Shown: positions 10,646 to 20,855 of the stretch, piece after piece
Position numbering within the stretch: the stretch's first letter is position 1
Layout of the letters: the number at the start of each line of letters is the position of its first letter
Source: a virus
IMG/VR virus record: IMGVR_UViG_3300013132_000033
Span: 35,041-99,040 of that record
DNA: 64,000 nt
Direction: 5' to 3' (one strand)
Translations under genes and position numbers: made by a program
The notes under the pieces: model-generated
Databases searched by the model: none
What the model was told of the DNA's origin: nothing
Seen by the model: the letters and a program-made list of their open reading frames with translations, nothing else

Positions 10646-11459
10646 AAGGATTATTGATATTATATTTATTCATGATAGAAGCTGCAACTTCTACATTATT
10701 GTTACGAATAGCTTCAGCAGCTATTAACGTATCATTTTCAAGTTGACTACTCCAATTATTAGCTAATTCTACAGCTTGCATAACACCGTCATATACCCAA
10801 CCAGTAATTATTTCATTCCTACTCATTGCACCACCAAGCGTTCTGTATTCAACAATATTAATATTTTCAATTTGTCGAAAACGAAAATCACCTGGATTAC
10901 CATAGATTTGCCTACGATCAGTATCAGTATCAAGAAATAAACTACCAAGACCTACTGTTAAGTCCATAGCTTTAATAATATTAATAGCCGCATCACGAGC
11001 ATCACTACCTTCACATTCATAACCAATATGAATATGAAAACCAAAAGACCTTAAATTACCAACTTGTTCAGGAGTTGGACGAGGACTAATATCTAGTGTA
11101 TAAGCATCATAAGAAGGTTCACAACCAAACAATTGAGCTATTTGTGAATTAAGTTCTTTATTACTATATCTTGCAGAAGATACACATCGCAACTGCCATA
11201 ATGGTTGTTGTTCTTGAAGCTTTTCTTGCGTAAGCTTTTTAATAATTTCTATATTATTAACAAATTGTTCTTTAGTATATGCTGGTGGAATACAACCTTC
11301 TACACCAACATTATCAATTTGAATACTAAACTCACCATCATCTGTAAGAGGATACGGTTGACGTTTAGTTCCAGGAATGAAACCTACAGCTGACTTAGGA
11401 GTTTCGTTTTCAAAGGCAGCAAATTCAGGATCGCTACCAACAGTGATATTTTTAATCAT
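10596..11459 (-). CDS. phiEco32-like COOH-NH2 ligase type 2
   Basis: VGSDPEF, GTK, DNV..E, FGCEP, RSFGFHIHIG, RRQIYG.PGDFR and VEYRTL motifs. Confidence 0.8.
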   Translation of the reverse strand: MIKNITVGSDPEFAAFENETPKSAVGFIPGTKRQPYPLTDDGEFSIQIDNVGVEGCIPPAYTKEQFVNNIEIIKKLTQEKLQEQQPLWQLRCVSSARYSNKELNSQIAQLFGCEPSYDAYTLDISPRPTPEQVGNLRSFGFHIHIGYECEGSDARDAAINIIKAMDLTVGLGSLFLDTDTDRRQIYGNPGDFRFRQIENINIVEYRTLGGAMSRNEIITGWVYDGVMQAVELANNWSSQLENDTLIAAEAIRNNNVEVAASIMNKYNINNPYEYANSHQYTGTTLAS

Positions 11460-11463
11460 TGTA

Positions 11464-11883
11464 TTAATCGAAATTAAAATAATACAAACTAATTGTATTA
11501 CCTGTTTTAAAATTGGTGAATGTACTCATAACTTGAAAACCATACTTTTTTAAAAGATGGTCCATTTCAGGACTATAACCATTTGTAGTAGCTTGCAATT
11601 GAGAACAATAATGAATTTTAAGTACTAACTGCAATAATAAATTACCGTAACCTTGATTACGCATTTCTTCTATAACTACTACAGAATTTAAAACTTCAAT
11701 ACCACAACAACCGGGATAAGCATTAATGTTAAACATACCAATTTCTTGATATTTTTTACCATAAATCAACCTTCGTTTCCAATTATTTTTAATATAAACT
11801 GTATAACGAGATTGATCAAATCCACGATTATAGTAAAGAGTTTTACCATTTATCATGTATTTAGTTAAATCTTTTTCTTCCAT
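11464..11883 (-). CDS. GNAT-fold acetyltransferase-like protein
   Basis: RNQGYGNLLL is acetyl-CoA-binding motif A; LLKKYGF near the C-terminus. Confidence 0.6.
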   Translation of the reverse strand: MEEKDLTKYMINGKTLYYNRGFDQSRYTVYIKNNWKRRLIYGKKYQEIGMFNINAYPGCCGIEVLNSVVVIEEMRNQGYGNLLLQLVLKIHYCSQLQATTNGYSPEMDHLLKKYGFQVMSTFTNFKTGNTISLYYFNFD

Positions 11884-12553
11884 AAAGCATGCTGTTTATT
11901 ATATTAATACTAAACTCATCATAGATTTCTTCTGGATGCCATTGTACTGCTACAATTGGTTTGTCTTTAACCCAAAATGCTTCTACATTATTAAATACTG
12001 AATTTGTATAAATAATTTTAATATTTTCACCTAAACGATCTTTATTAGTAATACCTTGATGATGTAATGAATTAACTTTTAGTTTAAAAAGTTTAACTTC
12101 ATTGTCAGTAAAATACTTAAAAGCATTTGTAAAATTATCAGCAGATCCAACTAAAGTATCAACAAGTTTATCACGAGGATCTGAATACTCTTGAGCAATA
12201 TGTTGACTTAAAGTACCACCAAAATGAACATTAAGTGTTTGAAAACCACGGCAAATACCAAACATAGGAATACCTGCAGCGATATATTGTGGTAACATAT
12301 ATTTATCCCAATCTTCTAATTGAATATTAGGATTACCTGATTGAAATACTGGTCTTTCACCATAACGAGAAGGATCGACATCCGCTCCGCCTGGAATAAT
12401 CAACAAATCAATATCTGTATGTACTTTATTATCGTATGCAAAAATTGGTATTGGAATACCAAAATGTGCTGCAAATGTACTATACGTTGCGGGCAGATTC
12501 ATCTGACCAGACTCTACTTTCGTTAATAATACTCCTATTCGCTGTTGTTTCAT
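11861..12553 (-). CDS. Class I glutamine amidotransferase / peptidase C26 (PuuD-like)
   Basis: GGADVDP, GICRGFQ, VNSLHHQ and AVQWHPE (Cys-His-Glu triad). Confidence 0.85.
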   Translation of the reverse strand: MKQQRIGVLLTKVESGQMNLPATYSTFAAHFGIPIPIFAYDNKVHTDIDLLIIPGGADVDPSRYGERPVFQSGNPNIQLEDWDKYMLPQYIAAGIPMFGICRGFQTLNVHFGGTLSQHIAQEYSDPRDKLVDTLVGSADNFTNAFKYFTDNEVKLFKLKVNSLHHQGITNKDRLGENIKIIYTNSVFNNVEAFWVKDKPIVAVQWHPEEIYDEFSINIINSMLYGRKRFN

Positions 12554-13394
12554 GCGTTGTAATTAATTTTGTAGTTGGTAATTCTAATGGTAAAGTTGGT
12601 TGAGGTGTGGGAGTAGTAATAATTGTTGGTATAGCCCTAACTTTATTAAGTGTTTCTTTTAAATAAGGATATACATCAGCAAAATTACTAAATCTTTTAT
12701 CAATAAGGACATTGTGCGGATTTACACTATCTTTATGTTTATCAAACAATATTTTAAGATATTTATTAATAAACTCTAATGTTTTACTTGGCATTCTCAG
12801 TTCTGGGTGTCCTTGAATACCAAAACCTTTAATCAAACCTAAATAAAAGATTTCAGGTTCACGGTAAGTTATACTGTTTAACGGTACAGTTTCATAATTA
12901 GCATTTGGAACTAATGTTTCATTATCAGTACCGTTAATATAACAATTACTAATAGAATCAGCCCATGCAAGTAATATATTTTTATGTTCTACTGATGATG
13001 CCAAAGAATACCAATTAACCATTTGATGGTGAATTGAATTAGTAGTTAACAAATCTTTTTTACCTATAATATTAATATTATGATCACCTCTCATGTGATT
13101 ACTTACATGTTGAATAAGAACACCGCCATTAGCAATACCTAATAATTGCGCACCCCTGCATATACCAATTAAAAATTTATTTTGATAATAAGCTTCAATC
13201 AAACATTTTAATTGATGTTTATCTACGTCTTCATAAAAATATGTTTGATGAGAAGTTTTTTCTCCATATAATGCTGGATACCAATCTGAACCTCCCGGAA
13301 ATATTACTGCATCTGCATCTTCAATACTGTTAACTATTTCAACATTATCTATCCACGCCGCATCGCGATTTGAACCTACACAAAATACCTTCAT
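12480..13394 (-). CDS. Second class I glutamine amidotransferase / peptidase C26
   Basis: GGSD, GICRGAQ, NSIHHQ and QGHPE. Confidence 0.8.
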   Translation of the reverse strand: MKVFCVGSNRDAAWIDNVEIVNSIEDADAVIFPGGSDWYPALYGEKTSHQTYFYEDVDKHQLKCLIEAYYQNKFLIGICRGAQLLGIANGGVLIQHVSNHMRGDHNINIIGKKDLLTTNSIHHQMVNWYSLASSVEHKNILLAWADSISNCYINGTDNETLVPNANYETVPLNSITYREPEIFYLGLIKGFGIQGHPELRMPSKTLEFINKYLKILFDKHKDSVNPHNVLIDKRFSNFADVYPYLKETLNKVRAIPTIITTPTPQPTLPLELPTTKLITTHETTANRSIINESRVWSDESARNV

Positions 13395-13396
13395 AC

Positions 13397-14278
13397 TTAT
13401 TCTTTGTTATATTGTTTTTTAATTATTTCATCTATAGACCTTTCAGCTTCTTCTATAAATTTTTTGTCGTAAGCACCTCTTTTACTTTCCGATATAGCAT
13501 TACGAAATCCTATATTAGTATTTGCAGAATACGTAGTGGAATTACCTATTGTAATATGTTCAGGATTGAATTCTGAATTAACTTTTGGATTAGCTTCTTC
13601 TATATTATCAACTATTTGCAACTCTTCTTTATCTTTGCGACGGTTTGGTCTTTTAGCAGGAGCTTTTTCAATTACTATATTAATAATATCAGTAATAACT
13701 TTGTATTTAACAGGATCTGATTCAATTACCCTAAGCGCTTCAAGATAGTCTTGAAAGTTTGAGAATGAACTTTCATGTGACCATTTTAATTTTAATTTTT
13801 CATATTCTGCTTGAATATCAATTTCAGATGTTTTATCTTCTTCATTTAATTGAAGTTCTGTAATAATCTGATTGTAATATTCATTTTGTAAACAAAGTTT
13901 TACAATAACTTGTGCCAAGTCACTAAGTTTATACTTAGAAGCAAGTTCGTCTTCTGTTAAACCATTGACATTTTCTGCAGTAATTTCTTGATTGTATAAA
14001 GAACTAATTTCTTCAAAAGATGGTAATTCCAGCTTATTAATAATACTTTCAATTTTATGATTTGTATTAGCATACCCTTTAAAAATACCACCTTTTTGAA
14101 GAGGATTTGTAAGAGCTATAATACCATCATATTGATAATCTGGAATCCATGCGTACAGTTGTGTAGTATTACCTTTAATATTTTTAAAAGCATATGCACG
14201 ATAGTATTGATTACCACCAGATATTGAAAAAGCTTTTTTAGGTAAATCCCAAATTTCTATTGTTCTAAGATCTGACAT
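13397..14278 (-). CDS. Hypothetical protein
   Basis: 293-aa ORF overlapping the primase stop; no recognised motif. Confidence 0.6.
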   Translation of the reverse strand: MSDLRTIEIWDLPKKAFSISGGNQYYRAYAFKNIKGNTTQLYAWIPDYQYDGIIALTNPLQKGGIFKGYANTNHKIESIINKLELPSFEEISSLYNQEITAENVNGLTEDELASKYKLSDLAQVIVKLCLQNEYYNQIITELQLNEEDKTSEIDIQAEYEKLKLKWSHESSFSNFQDYLEALRVIESDPVKYKVITDIINIVIEKAPAKRPNRRKDKEELQIVDNIEEANPKVNSEFNPEHITIGNSTTYSANTNIGFRNAISESKRGAYDKKFIEEAERSIDEIIKKQYNKE

Positions 14279-15216
14279 AATTCGTCATTTAAATTATGAT
14301 TATTAGACGCATCATATACGTCTTTTGCTAAAGTTAAAAATCTTATTTGACTATTAGGTAGTTTATCACTTAATAGTTTACTATATTTGATGCCAGTATC
14401 ATCATTGTCAAATAATATAATTACTTTACGAAACTGATTAATAACATCCATGTATTTATATGGAAAATTAATACTAGTTTCTGATTGCGGTGCTATACTA
14501 TTATAACCATATTTATGAGTTAATAATAATCTGTCTTTTTGAGATTTAGTTATTACTAATAATTCTGGATTGCATTCGTAATAATTTTCTAGTTCATTTC
14601 CACCATATACATCGTTTTCATTACAATTAGTAAAAAATTTAAATTGAGTATTAGGAAAATAAAGTTTTACATTATTTGTATCTGGAAAGTAATAAGCGTA
14701 CGTATCAACTTTAGTAGGGTTATAAATATTATTCATATCCCAACTACCATTGTTATATATCCAATATTTAGATACTTTATATACATGTTCTGCTTGTAAT
14801 ATATTAGGTGCAATCTTAAAGTAATTATCGTTATCAAACGGTATGTGTTCAAATCTAATTTGAACTTTAGGTTTGTTAGATTCTACACGTTTAAGATTAT
14901 AATTTAATTTTACATTACTTTCTTTAATAATTAAATGCAAAGCTTCTAGAAAACTACAACCTTTTAATATAGCTAATGTATCAATTACTGTAAAATACAA
15001 TTTATTATTGTAAGTAGCATTATCTTTAAAATAAAGAATACCGGAATGCCAGATAAACCGACATCCCGGATTCTTATCGTTTCTAAATATTGAATGATAC
15101 ATCTTGTTTAAATCAACAGTCAATCCAGTATATTTAAAAAATAAATCTTCTTGATTTAATTGTATTAATGCTGTATGAGCATCAATATATTCGTAAGATT
15201 GACTTGATTTGAACAT
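14257..15216 (-). CDS. DNA primase (Toprim)
   Basis: SIFRNDKNPGCRF N-terminal motif; LVITKSQKD, ILFDNDDTG and KDVYD Toprim motifs. Confidence 0.75.
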   Translation of the reverse strand: MFKSSQSYEYIDAHTALIQLNQEDLFFKYTGLTVDLNKMYHSIFRNDKNPGCRFIWHSGILYFKDNATYNNKLYFTVIDTLAILKGCSFLEALHLIIKESNVKLNYNLKRVESNKPKVQIRFEHIPFDNDNYFKIAPNILQAEHVYKVSKYWIYNNGSWDMNNIYNPTKVDTYAYYFPDTNNVKLYFPNTQFKFFTNCNENDVYGGNELENYYECNPELLVITKSQKDRLLLTHKYGYNSIAPQSETSINFPYKYMDVINQFRKVIILFDNDDTGIKYSKLLSDKLPNSQIRFLTLAKDVYDASNNHNLNDELCQILEQ

Positions 15217-16076
15217 TAAATCAAACTAGAGTAGTTAAATGAAGATGAAGAATTATTTACTATTTCTGCTGGTACAGCATTTAGACATTCTTCTTTGACA
15301 AATGGTTGAAACTCTGCAGTAAACAAGTATTTAGTAATACGCTCACCTTTACTATAAGCATTTTTAACTGCTTCAATAGCTTTTTGAGATACATCACCAT
15401 TAGACCTGAAGAAGAAATCAGGATTTGTACAAATGTTTTGATTATAATAGATTTTTTCTTCATCATTAACAATTTTACTTGTACTACGTACACAAGTTAA
15501 CAACGTAATGCTATTACTATTTGTATTACACCAATCAAAAAACTTTGTTAAACCATTTAGATTGTTGTTATATAAATTAGAAATAGTAATTCCATTGCTT
15601 TCTGCATCTGCAATAAACGAAGCATTTTCTCCATTAGAAGAATACCTCATTAACTGTTGCATAAATGTATACAATTCATATTCACCAATTAACGCTGGAC
15701 GATACTTATGTTTTGTAAACCAAGTCATTTTTGGATTACTATCCAAAGTACTAAGATCTTTCACATAAGTAAATGTACCCACACTATTTACCATTCGAGC
15801 TGTACCTGATTGAGTAACTTCTGGCTCATTTGCCACAAGAAACCTCAAAGATAAAGCTTCAATGTTATTATTTACTTCTTGAACCCAAATTTCAATAGGT
15901 CGGTAAGACTTACCGTTTAGTTCAACAATATCATAATTAACATTAAGTTTGTATTCTCGATTGATAAATTTTTCAATTTGATCTTTAGTTGGATTAACAG
16001 TCAATACTTTAAATGATGCTAAACCAGTAAAGAATTTAGGTGTTGCGGAAGAGGTAGAATTGGATGAATTAAACAT
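15216..16076 (-). CDS. Conserved replication-module protein (possible ssDNA-binding protein)
   Basis: FTGLASFKVLTVNPT start; lies between the AAA ATPase and primase. Function is inferred from context only. Confidence 0.4.
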   Translation of the reverse strand: MFNSSNSTSSATPKFFTGLASFKVLTVNPTKDQIEKFINREYKLNVNYDIVELNGKSYRPIEIWVQEVNNNIEALSLRFLVANEPEVTQSGTARMVNSVGTFTYVKDLSTLDSNPKMTWFTKHKYRPALIGEYELYTFMQQLMRYSSNGENASFIADAESNGITISNLYNNNLNGLTKFFDWCNTNSNSITLLTCVRSTSKIVNDEEKIYYNQNICTNPDFFFRSNGDVSQKAIEAVKNAYSKGERITKYLFTAEFQPFVKEECLNAVPAEIVNNSSSSFNYSSLI

Positions 16077-16126
16077 GATAAGATAAGTTAAGATTAAATT
16101 AAAGATTATATTGTATAAGTTGATCT

Positions 16127-16927
16127 TTATTCTTTTATAAAGATTTCATTCCAGCCGTATTCAAATTGACGGCTGCCTGGTTCTTTTTCAGAAATAATAA
16201 CAAATTCTTTTTGTGCTAAATGTGGCGGCCTTGCACCTGTTACTTGGTCACGCTCATCAGTTTTAAATGATAACATTGTTTTGTTACCATCTTTCCGATA
16301 CATATAACCAATAGCATCTGCATTAGCGCAAAGAATAAGTTTTAATTTACCGGGTAAATTTAAATCACGAGCTGAAATATCAGCACCATTTTTTTGAATA
16401 CTAGAGTCTTTAACATGACCTATTTCTATAGAGCATATTTTTGCTGGTGCTTCCATAATTGATAACAGTTTTTCGTATGCTTGGCGAAGATAATCATAAC
16501 CACCACCATTAGGTAAATCTGCAACTACATCTCTACCGGTGTAGTTTTTACCCATAGGTTTAGATTTATAAATTTCACCTGCAAGAAATGTTGCAATTTT
16601 CAATAAAGCTGTAACAGAATCGATAACTACAAAATCGTAATTATGTTTTTGTAATTCTGCAGCAAGCTCTTTAATTATTTCAATACATGTTGCAGGACCA
16701 TCGGGATGATTTAATACTTCTTTAGGATTAACATTTAGTTTAATACTTGCAATTTTAAGCACATTAACAATATCTCCTGTAACAAAATTAGTACCATCTT
16801 CAAAATCAATGATGATTGATTTAGGAAGTCCTGCTACAGCAGTAGTCTTCCCCACTTTAGGAGAAGCAAATAAAAGTAAACGACGTGGATTTACTGATAC
16901 AGTCGTTTTAGTTTGAATTAAACTCAT
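16127..16927 (-). CDS. AAA_24/Sak4-like ATPase
   Basis: Walker A ASPKVGKTT, IIDFEDG, Walker B VVIDSVT, and ADAIGY. Confidence 0.75.
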   Translation of the reverse strand: MSLIQTKTTVSVNPRRLLLFASPKVGKTTAVAGLPKSIIIDFEDGTNFVTGDIVNVLKIASIKLNVNPKEVLNHPDGPATCIEIIKELAAELQKHNYDFVVIDSVTALLKIATFLAGEIYKSKPMGKNYTGRDVVADLPNGGGYDYLRQAYEKLLSIMEAPAKICSIEIGHVKDSSIQKNGADISARDLNLPGKLKLILCANADAIGYMYRKDGNKTMLSFKTDERDQVTGARPPHLAQKEFVIISEKEPGSRQFEYGWNEIFIKE

Positions 16928-16942
16928 ATTTAAATGTATAGA

Positions 16943-17662
16943 TTAAGATATAAAAATGGTAAAGTAAGTTTTTGCCAAGTCTGTAAAATATTCTGTTAAT
17001 GTTTGATTAACAGCTATTTTAGTGTCATATGGCGCACCTTGGCTTTTGTAAAAATCCCAATTAGAAATAGTAAAAGAACCACCAATACTGTTTTTTTGTT
17101 CATCATGAATAGCATCAAATTGCTTTATTACTTCTGGCTTAAATATTTGAATAGTATTTGGAGGTGTTAATATCATTGGTCTAATTGGTACCATATACGT
17201 ATAAATAATATTACCTGAATTAGGATTGTATGCTGCAATTGGTTTAATAGGATTAACAAATAATTTTTCATTTAAATAATCTATAGTTCTTATTAGTTTA
17301 ACAGGATATGCATTATGCGCAAATGTTGCTATAGCAGCTCTGTATTGTCTTAATATTAAAAATGTTGTAATAATAGGTAAAAATTTTACATAAGTATTTT
17401 TTTTGTGTGGTGCAACTAAACTTAAATCAGATACTACTTTAATACCGCAACAATCTTGATATTTAGAAATAGACCATTGATATCTGCTTTCACCCCCTGA
17501 TGCATTACAAATTATTAATTTAAATACAACTCTATCATTTTCATTTGTAAATTTTAAATATACTTCATTTATAATTTTATTTAATTCAGGAGTATCTTTA
17601 ATAAATTCATTTAATGAAAGTTGAATAGCATCATATTGTTCTTGAAATTCGTATTTTTTCAT
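16943..17662 (-). CDS. Hypothetical protein with CCG motif (distant paralogue of 11464..11883)
   Basis: DCCGIKVV and NPNSGNII resemble GCCGIEVL and NFKTGNTI. Confidence 0.5.
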   Translation of the reverse strand: MKKYEFQEQYDAIQLSLNEFIKDTPELNKIINEVYLKFTNENDRVVFKLIICNASGGESRYQWSISKYQDCCGIKVVSDLSLVAPHKKNTYVKFLPIITTFLILRQYRAAIATFAHNAYPVKLIRTIDYLNEKLFVNPIKPIAAYNPNSGNIIYTYMVPIRPMILTPPNTIQIFKPEVIKQFDAIHDEQKNSIGGSFTISNWDFYKSQGAPYDTKIAVNQTLTEYFTDLAKTYFTIFIS

Positions 17663-18615
17663 AATTCTCTAAAATGTGAAACTGCACCGTCAAAATAAAG
17701 AGCAGTTTCTTTATTACCATTACTTTCTCGACCTCCTATAATATTGAGGATTCTAAGATTATCTTCATATTTTGATACATTAATACCTCCATACATTGTC
17801 ATTTTTGCATTGTGCGGAGAAAATATACCAAACGCTATATCAATATCTCTAGCTGTATCTTTGCTATCTGATAAACCGCCAAATGATGGTAGTAAATCAC
17901 CAAGCTTTTTAGCATCTAACGATTCTTTATCATTAGATTGCTGTTGAATAACTACAGGATTTAACCTAAAGTTATTACGAGCTTTAACAAAATGGGTAGC
18001 CGATAATTCATCAATAGCATTTTTTAAAGATTGCCCTTGACGAGGTGTTACTAAAGAAATATGATCTATAATTAATTCGTGTATTTGTTCTGATTTTGAA
18101 TCAAACTTACTACATATATTAGCAGTATAATTTGCAATTTCAGTAACAGTACGGATATTATCAACGTACTGGACTTTGTCCAAATACTTAATAAAAAATG
18201 GTTCATATTTTCTAATAGCTTCTAAAGTTTCGTTATCAAGAGCTTTGTTTTTTGATCGTAATATTGAAGGTGAAATTTTTATAGTACCTTTAGAATCATG
18301 ATGCAAAAAATAACACATAGCTTGCATCATTTTCTGTTCAGCAGTCATTTCTAAACAAAGATAATCTATTTTAACATCTAGATCTGATTCAGTACTTATA
18401 CTAAACATTACAGGATGATACACATACATGTAATCTGCAAATTGTGTTTTACCTGCTTTTTTATTAGCTGTTACTAATTCATATTTACCTTTTTCAATAC
18501 CTGAATAATATTCAGATAGTTTAGGAAACGGACATGGTATAGAATTATATTTACCTTGTTCTACACGTCGTTTTCTATTTTCAATATTAGTTAATACTGA
18601 ATTAAATAAACTCAT
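17659..18615 (-). CDS. DnaB-like replicative helicase
   Basis: ANKKAGKT Walker A, LEM, IIDHISL Walker B, VIQQQS and SDSK...D. Confidence 0.75.
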   Translation of the reverse strand: MSLFNSVLTNIENRKRRVEQGKYNSIPCPFPKLSEYYSGIEKGKYELVTANKKAGKTQFADYMYVYHPVMFSISTESDLDVKIDYLCLEMTAEQKMMQAMCYFLHHDSKGTIKISPSILRSKNKALDNETLEAIRKYEPFFIKYLDKVQYVDNIRTVTEIANYTANICSKFDSKSEQIHELIIDHISLVTPRQGQSLKNAIDELSATHFVKARNNFRLNPVVIQQQSNDKESLDAKKLGDLLPSFGGLSDSKDTARDIDIAFGIFSPHNAKMTMYGGINVSKYEDNLRILNIIGGRESNGNKETALYFDGAVSHFREL

Positions 18616-19175
18616 AGTAAATTAGATTTGTGTAAAGAATATTCTTCCAATACTGTTTCTAATTTAGAAACTGTAGATCCATTTACAATTTTGTAAATAA
18701 AATTTTCTGCATTCATAACATAAGTACTTTCTGTATTTTGTATATAATATGCTGTAGCAGCTAAAATTTCATCAAAAGTTACATCTTTATGAGAATGTAA
18801 AAATTGTTTTAATAAACTTACTACAGTTGCTTTAACACCCATGTTACCAACACGAGCATCTTTAAAAAGATGTCTATATTCATTAACACGATTTTCAATA
18901 TTATTACTTGTATCCAAGATAATATCTGTAAGAATATCGTTTTCATAAAATGGTACATTAAGTATAAATGAAGATTTTATATAATCTCTTGTAATAACTC
19001 TGTCTTTTAATAATTTATTTAAATCTTCATCATCAATTGGAATATCCCAATTAAGTTCATGTTTTATACTAAATAAATAACTAGCTACTAGATACGGTAT
19101 TTTGAACTGGTTGAGGTATTGTAACATCATTGTGCTCATAATAGTATTTTTTATTATTGTAATCAATCGCAACAA
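18612..19175 (-). CDS. Hypothetical protein
   Basis: Coupled ORF upstream of the helicase. Confidence 0.55.
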   Translation of the reverse strand: MLRLITIIKNTIMSTMMLQYLNQFKIPYLVASYLFSIKHELNWDIPIDDEDLNKLLKDRVITRDYIKSSFILNVPFYENDILTDIILDTSNNIENRVNEYRHLFKDARVGNMGVKATVVSLLKQFLHSHKDVTFDEILAATAYYIQNTESTYVMNAENFIYKIVNGSTVSKLETVLEEYSLHKSNLL

Positions 19176-19680
19176 TTACTCCAAGTTCGTCTTTACTCAA
19201 TTTTTGAATACCTTGTAAATTACTAAATATTTTAAGTTGTGGATTATTATTTGCCATAAAAGAATTATACAAATATACTCTTTTATGAATAGTACTACAT
19301 ATACTAGTAGATAAATAGTTATAACGTTGTAATTCAGCTAATGCTATATACACATCTTGTAGTTTAATTTCTGGTCTATAGTGTATAGCAATCATAAATA
19401 AATCTACAACACTTCTAGAAGTATTATATTTTTTATCACTACCTCCGTGATTTACAGTTCGTTTAAATCTATGACTATATCTTTTTGTAAGATAACAAAA
19501 ATTTAATTCTAAAATATATTTAATAAAATCAACAGTATTTTCAATTTCTAACAAATATTTTAAACGATCTTCAGGTAGATTTACAAAATAAATGGACGAC
19601 AAATTTCGCAATTTATCGTCCATTTCATCAAATGAGTTAAATGTATATTTATTACAATTAACTCGTAGTTGTTGGTACAT
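19081..19680 (-). CDS. Hypothetical protein
   Basis: Coupled ORF; no recognised motif. Confidence 0.55.
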   Translation of the reverse strand: MYQQLRVNCNKYTFNSFDEMDDKLRNLSSIYFVNLPEDRLKYLLEIENTVDFIKYILELNFCYLTKRYSHRFKRTVNHGGSDKKYNTSRSVVDLFMIAIHYRPEIKLQDVYIALAELQRYNYLSTSICSTIHKRVYLYNSFMANNNPQLKIFSNLQGIQKLSKDELGVIVAIDYNNKKYYYEHNDVTIPQPVQNTVSSS

Positions 19681-20854
19681 ATTGGCTTATATTATTTATT
19701 CTTATATACTCAAGATCTAAAGACTCTAGCATTTTATTAAGCCATGTTTCTTCTTGCGTATTTTTAGTTACAAATAGAAATACAACACCTGTTTGATTAC
19801 TTTGACGCAATCTACCTACTCTTTGAATAAAATCTTTTTCTTTACTGTAATATGAATGAAATATTACATAATTAAGATCTTTTAAATTAACGCCTTGTTT
19901 TAGCATTTTAAAAGAACCTATTGTGTTAATATTACCTTTATTAAATTCATCAATAAGGTGTTTATTTACAGATAGTGTATTTTTAGAAGAAACTGTTGGA
20001 CATATTTTAATTAATTCATCTATACTATTACCAAATACTATAGTCCTGTCAAAATTATACATAGATAAAAGTTTGATTACTTGTCGAGTTTTAGACTTTA
20101 ATCCATACAACAGATTATTACGTCTATTTCCCCAGTATCTAATTGTAAACTGATTTCCTGAAAATAAAGATTGTTTGTATCGCATATTAGCATACGTATA
20201 TGCTTCATATTCTGTTTGATAAAATGTTTGCTCTTTACCATTTTTATCTTTATACGATACAGCAATGTCTTTAGTTTTATTATCTAATTCGTGATCTACA
20301 ATTATAATTTTTAATTTACGAGCTGTTTTATCTAATTGACCATCTTTAATTGAATATGTAGCACATATCGGTGCTATTGTATTTAACATGTCAAGTTTTG
20401 TATACTCGTTCCCTACTTCATCAGTATATGAAGTTTTTTTATCAATAGTTGCACTTAAACCAAGTAAATGAGTATATCTATTATTAGTATAATACTTAAA
20501 ATACTCAGGTGTAAGAGAGTCATGAATTTCATCCGCTACTACCATATCGTGATACAATCCTGCTTTTTTATAAGCAGATTGATAACATAGAAAACTAACT
20601 TTATGATGTGATCTAATATTATAACCAAACATCTCACGATATTTAGCCATATCTTCTTCTATATTTTGTTCACGCATAGTTGTTTCTGCCAAAAACAATA
20701 CAGACTTGGGTTTTAACAATTTTATCAAATGAAATGATATAAATGTTTTACCCAAGCCTGTTATTGCTTCAATTGTTACACGAAGACGTCCATGCTCGTC
20801 TAAAGAATTTATTGCTCTGTCTACGAGCATTTGTTGAACTTCGCTTTGATTCAT
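19658..20854 (-). CDS. Superfamily 2 (DExH) helicase
   Basis: TGLGKT, DEIH, LSAT and QRVGR. Start moved to MNQSE (ATG 20854), just after the NrdJ stop. Confidence 0.85.
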   Translation of the reverse strand: MNQSEVQQMLVDRAINSLDEHGRLRVTIEAITGLGKTFISFHLIKLLKPKSVLFLAETTMREQNIEEDMAKYREMFGYNIRSHHKVSFLCYQSAYKKAGLYHDMVVADEIHDSLTPEYFKYYTNNRYTHLLGLSATIDKKTSYTDEVGNEYTKLDMLNTIAPICATYSIKDGQLDKTARKLKIIIVDHELDNKTKDIAVSYKDKNGKEQTFYQTEYEAYTYANMRYKQSLFSGNQFTIRYWGNRRNNLLYGLKSKTRQVIKLLSMYNFDRTIVFGNSIDELIKICPTVSSKNTLSVNKHLIDEFNKGNINTIGSFKMLKQGVNLKDLNYVIFHSYYSKEKDFIQRVGRLRQSNQTGVVFLFVTKNTQEETWLNKMLESLDLEYIRINNISQYVPTTTS

Positions 20855-20855
20855 T

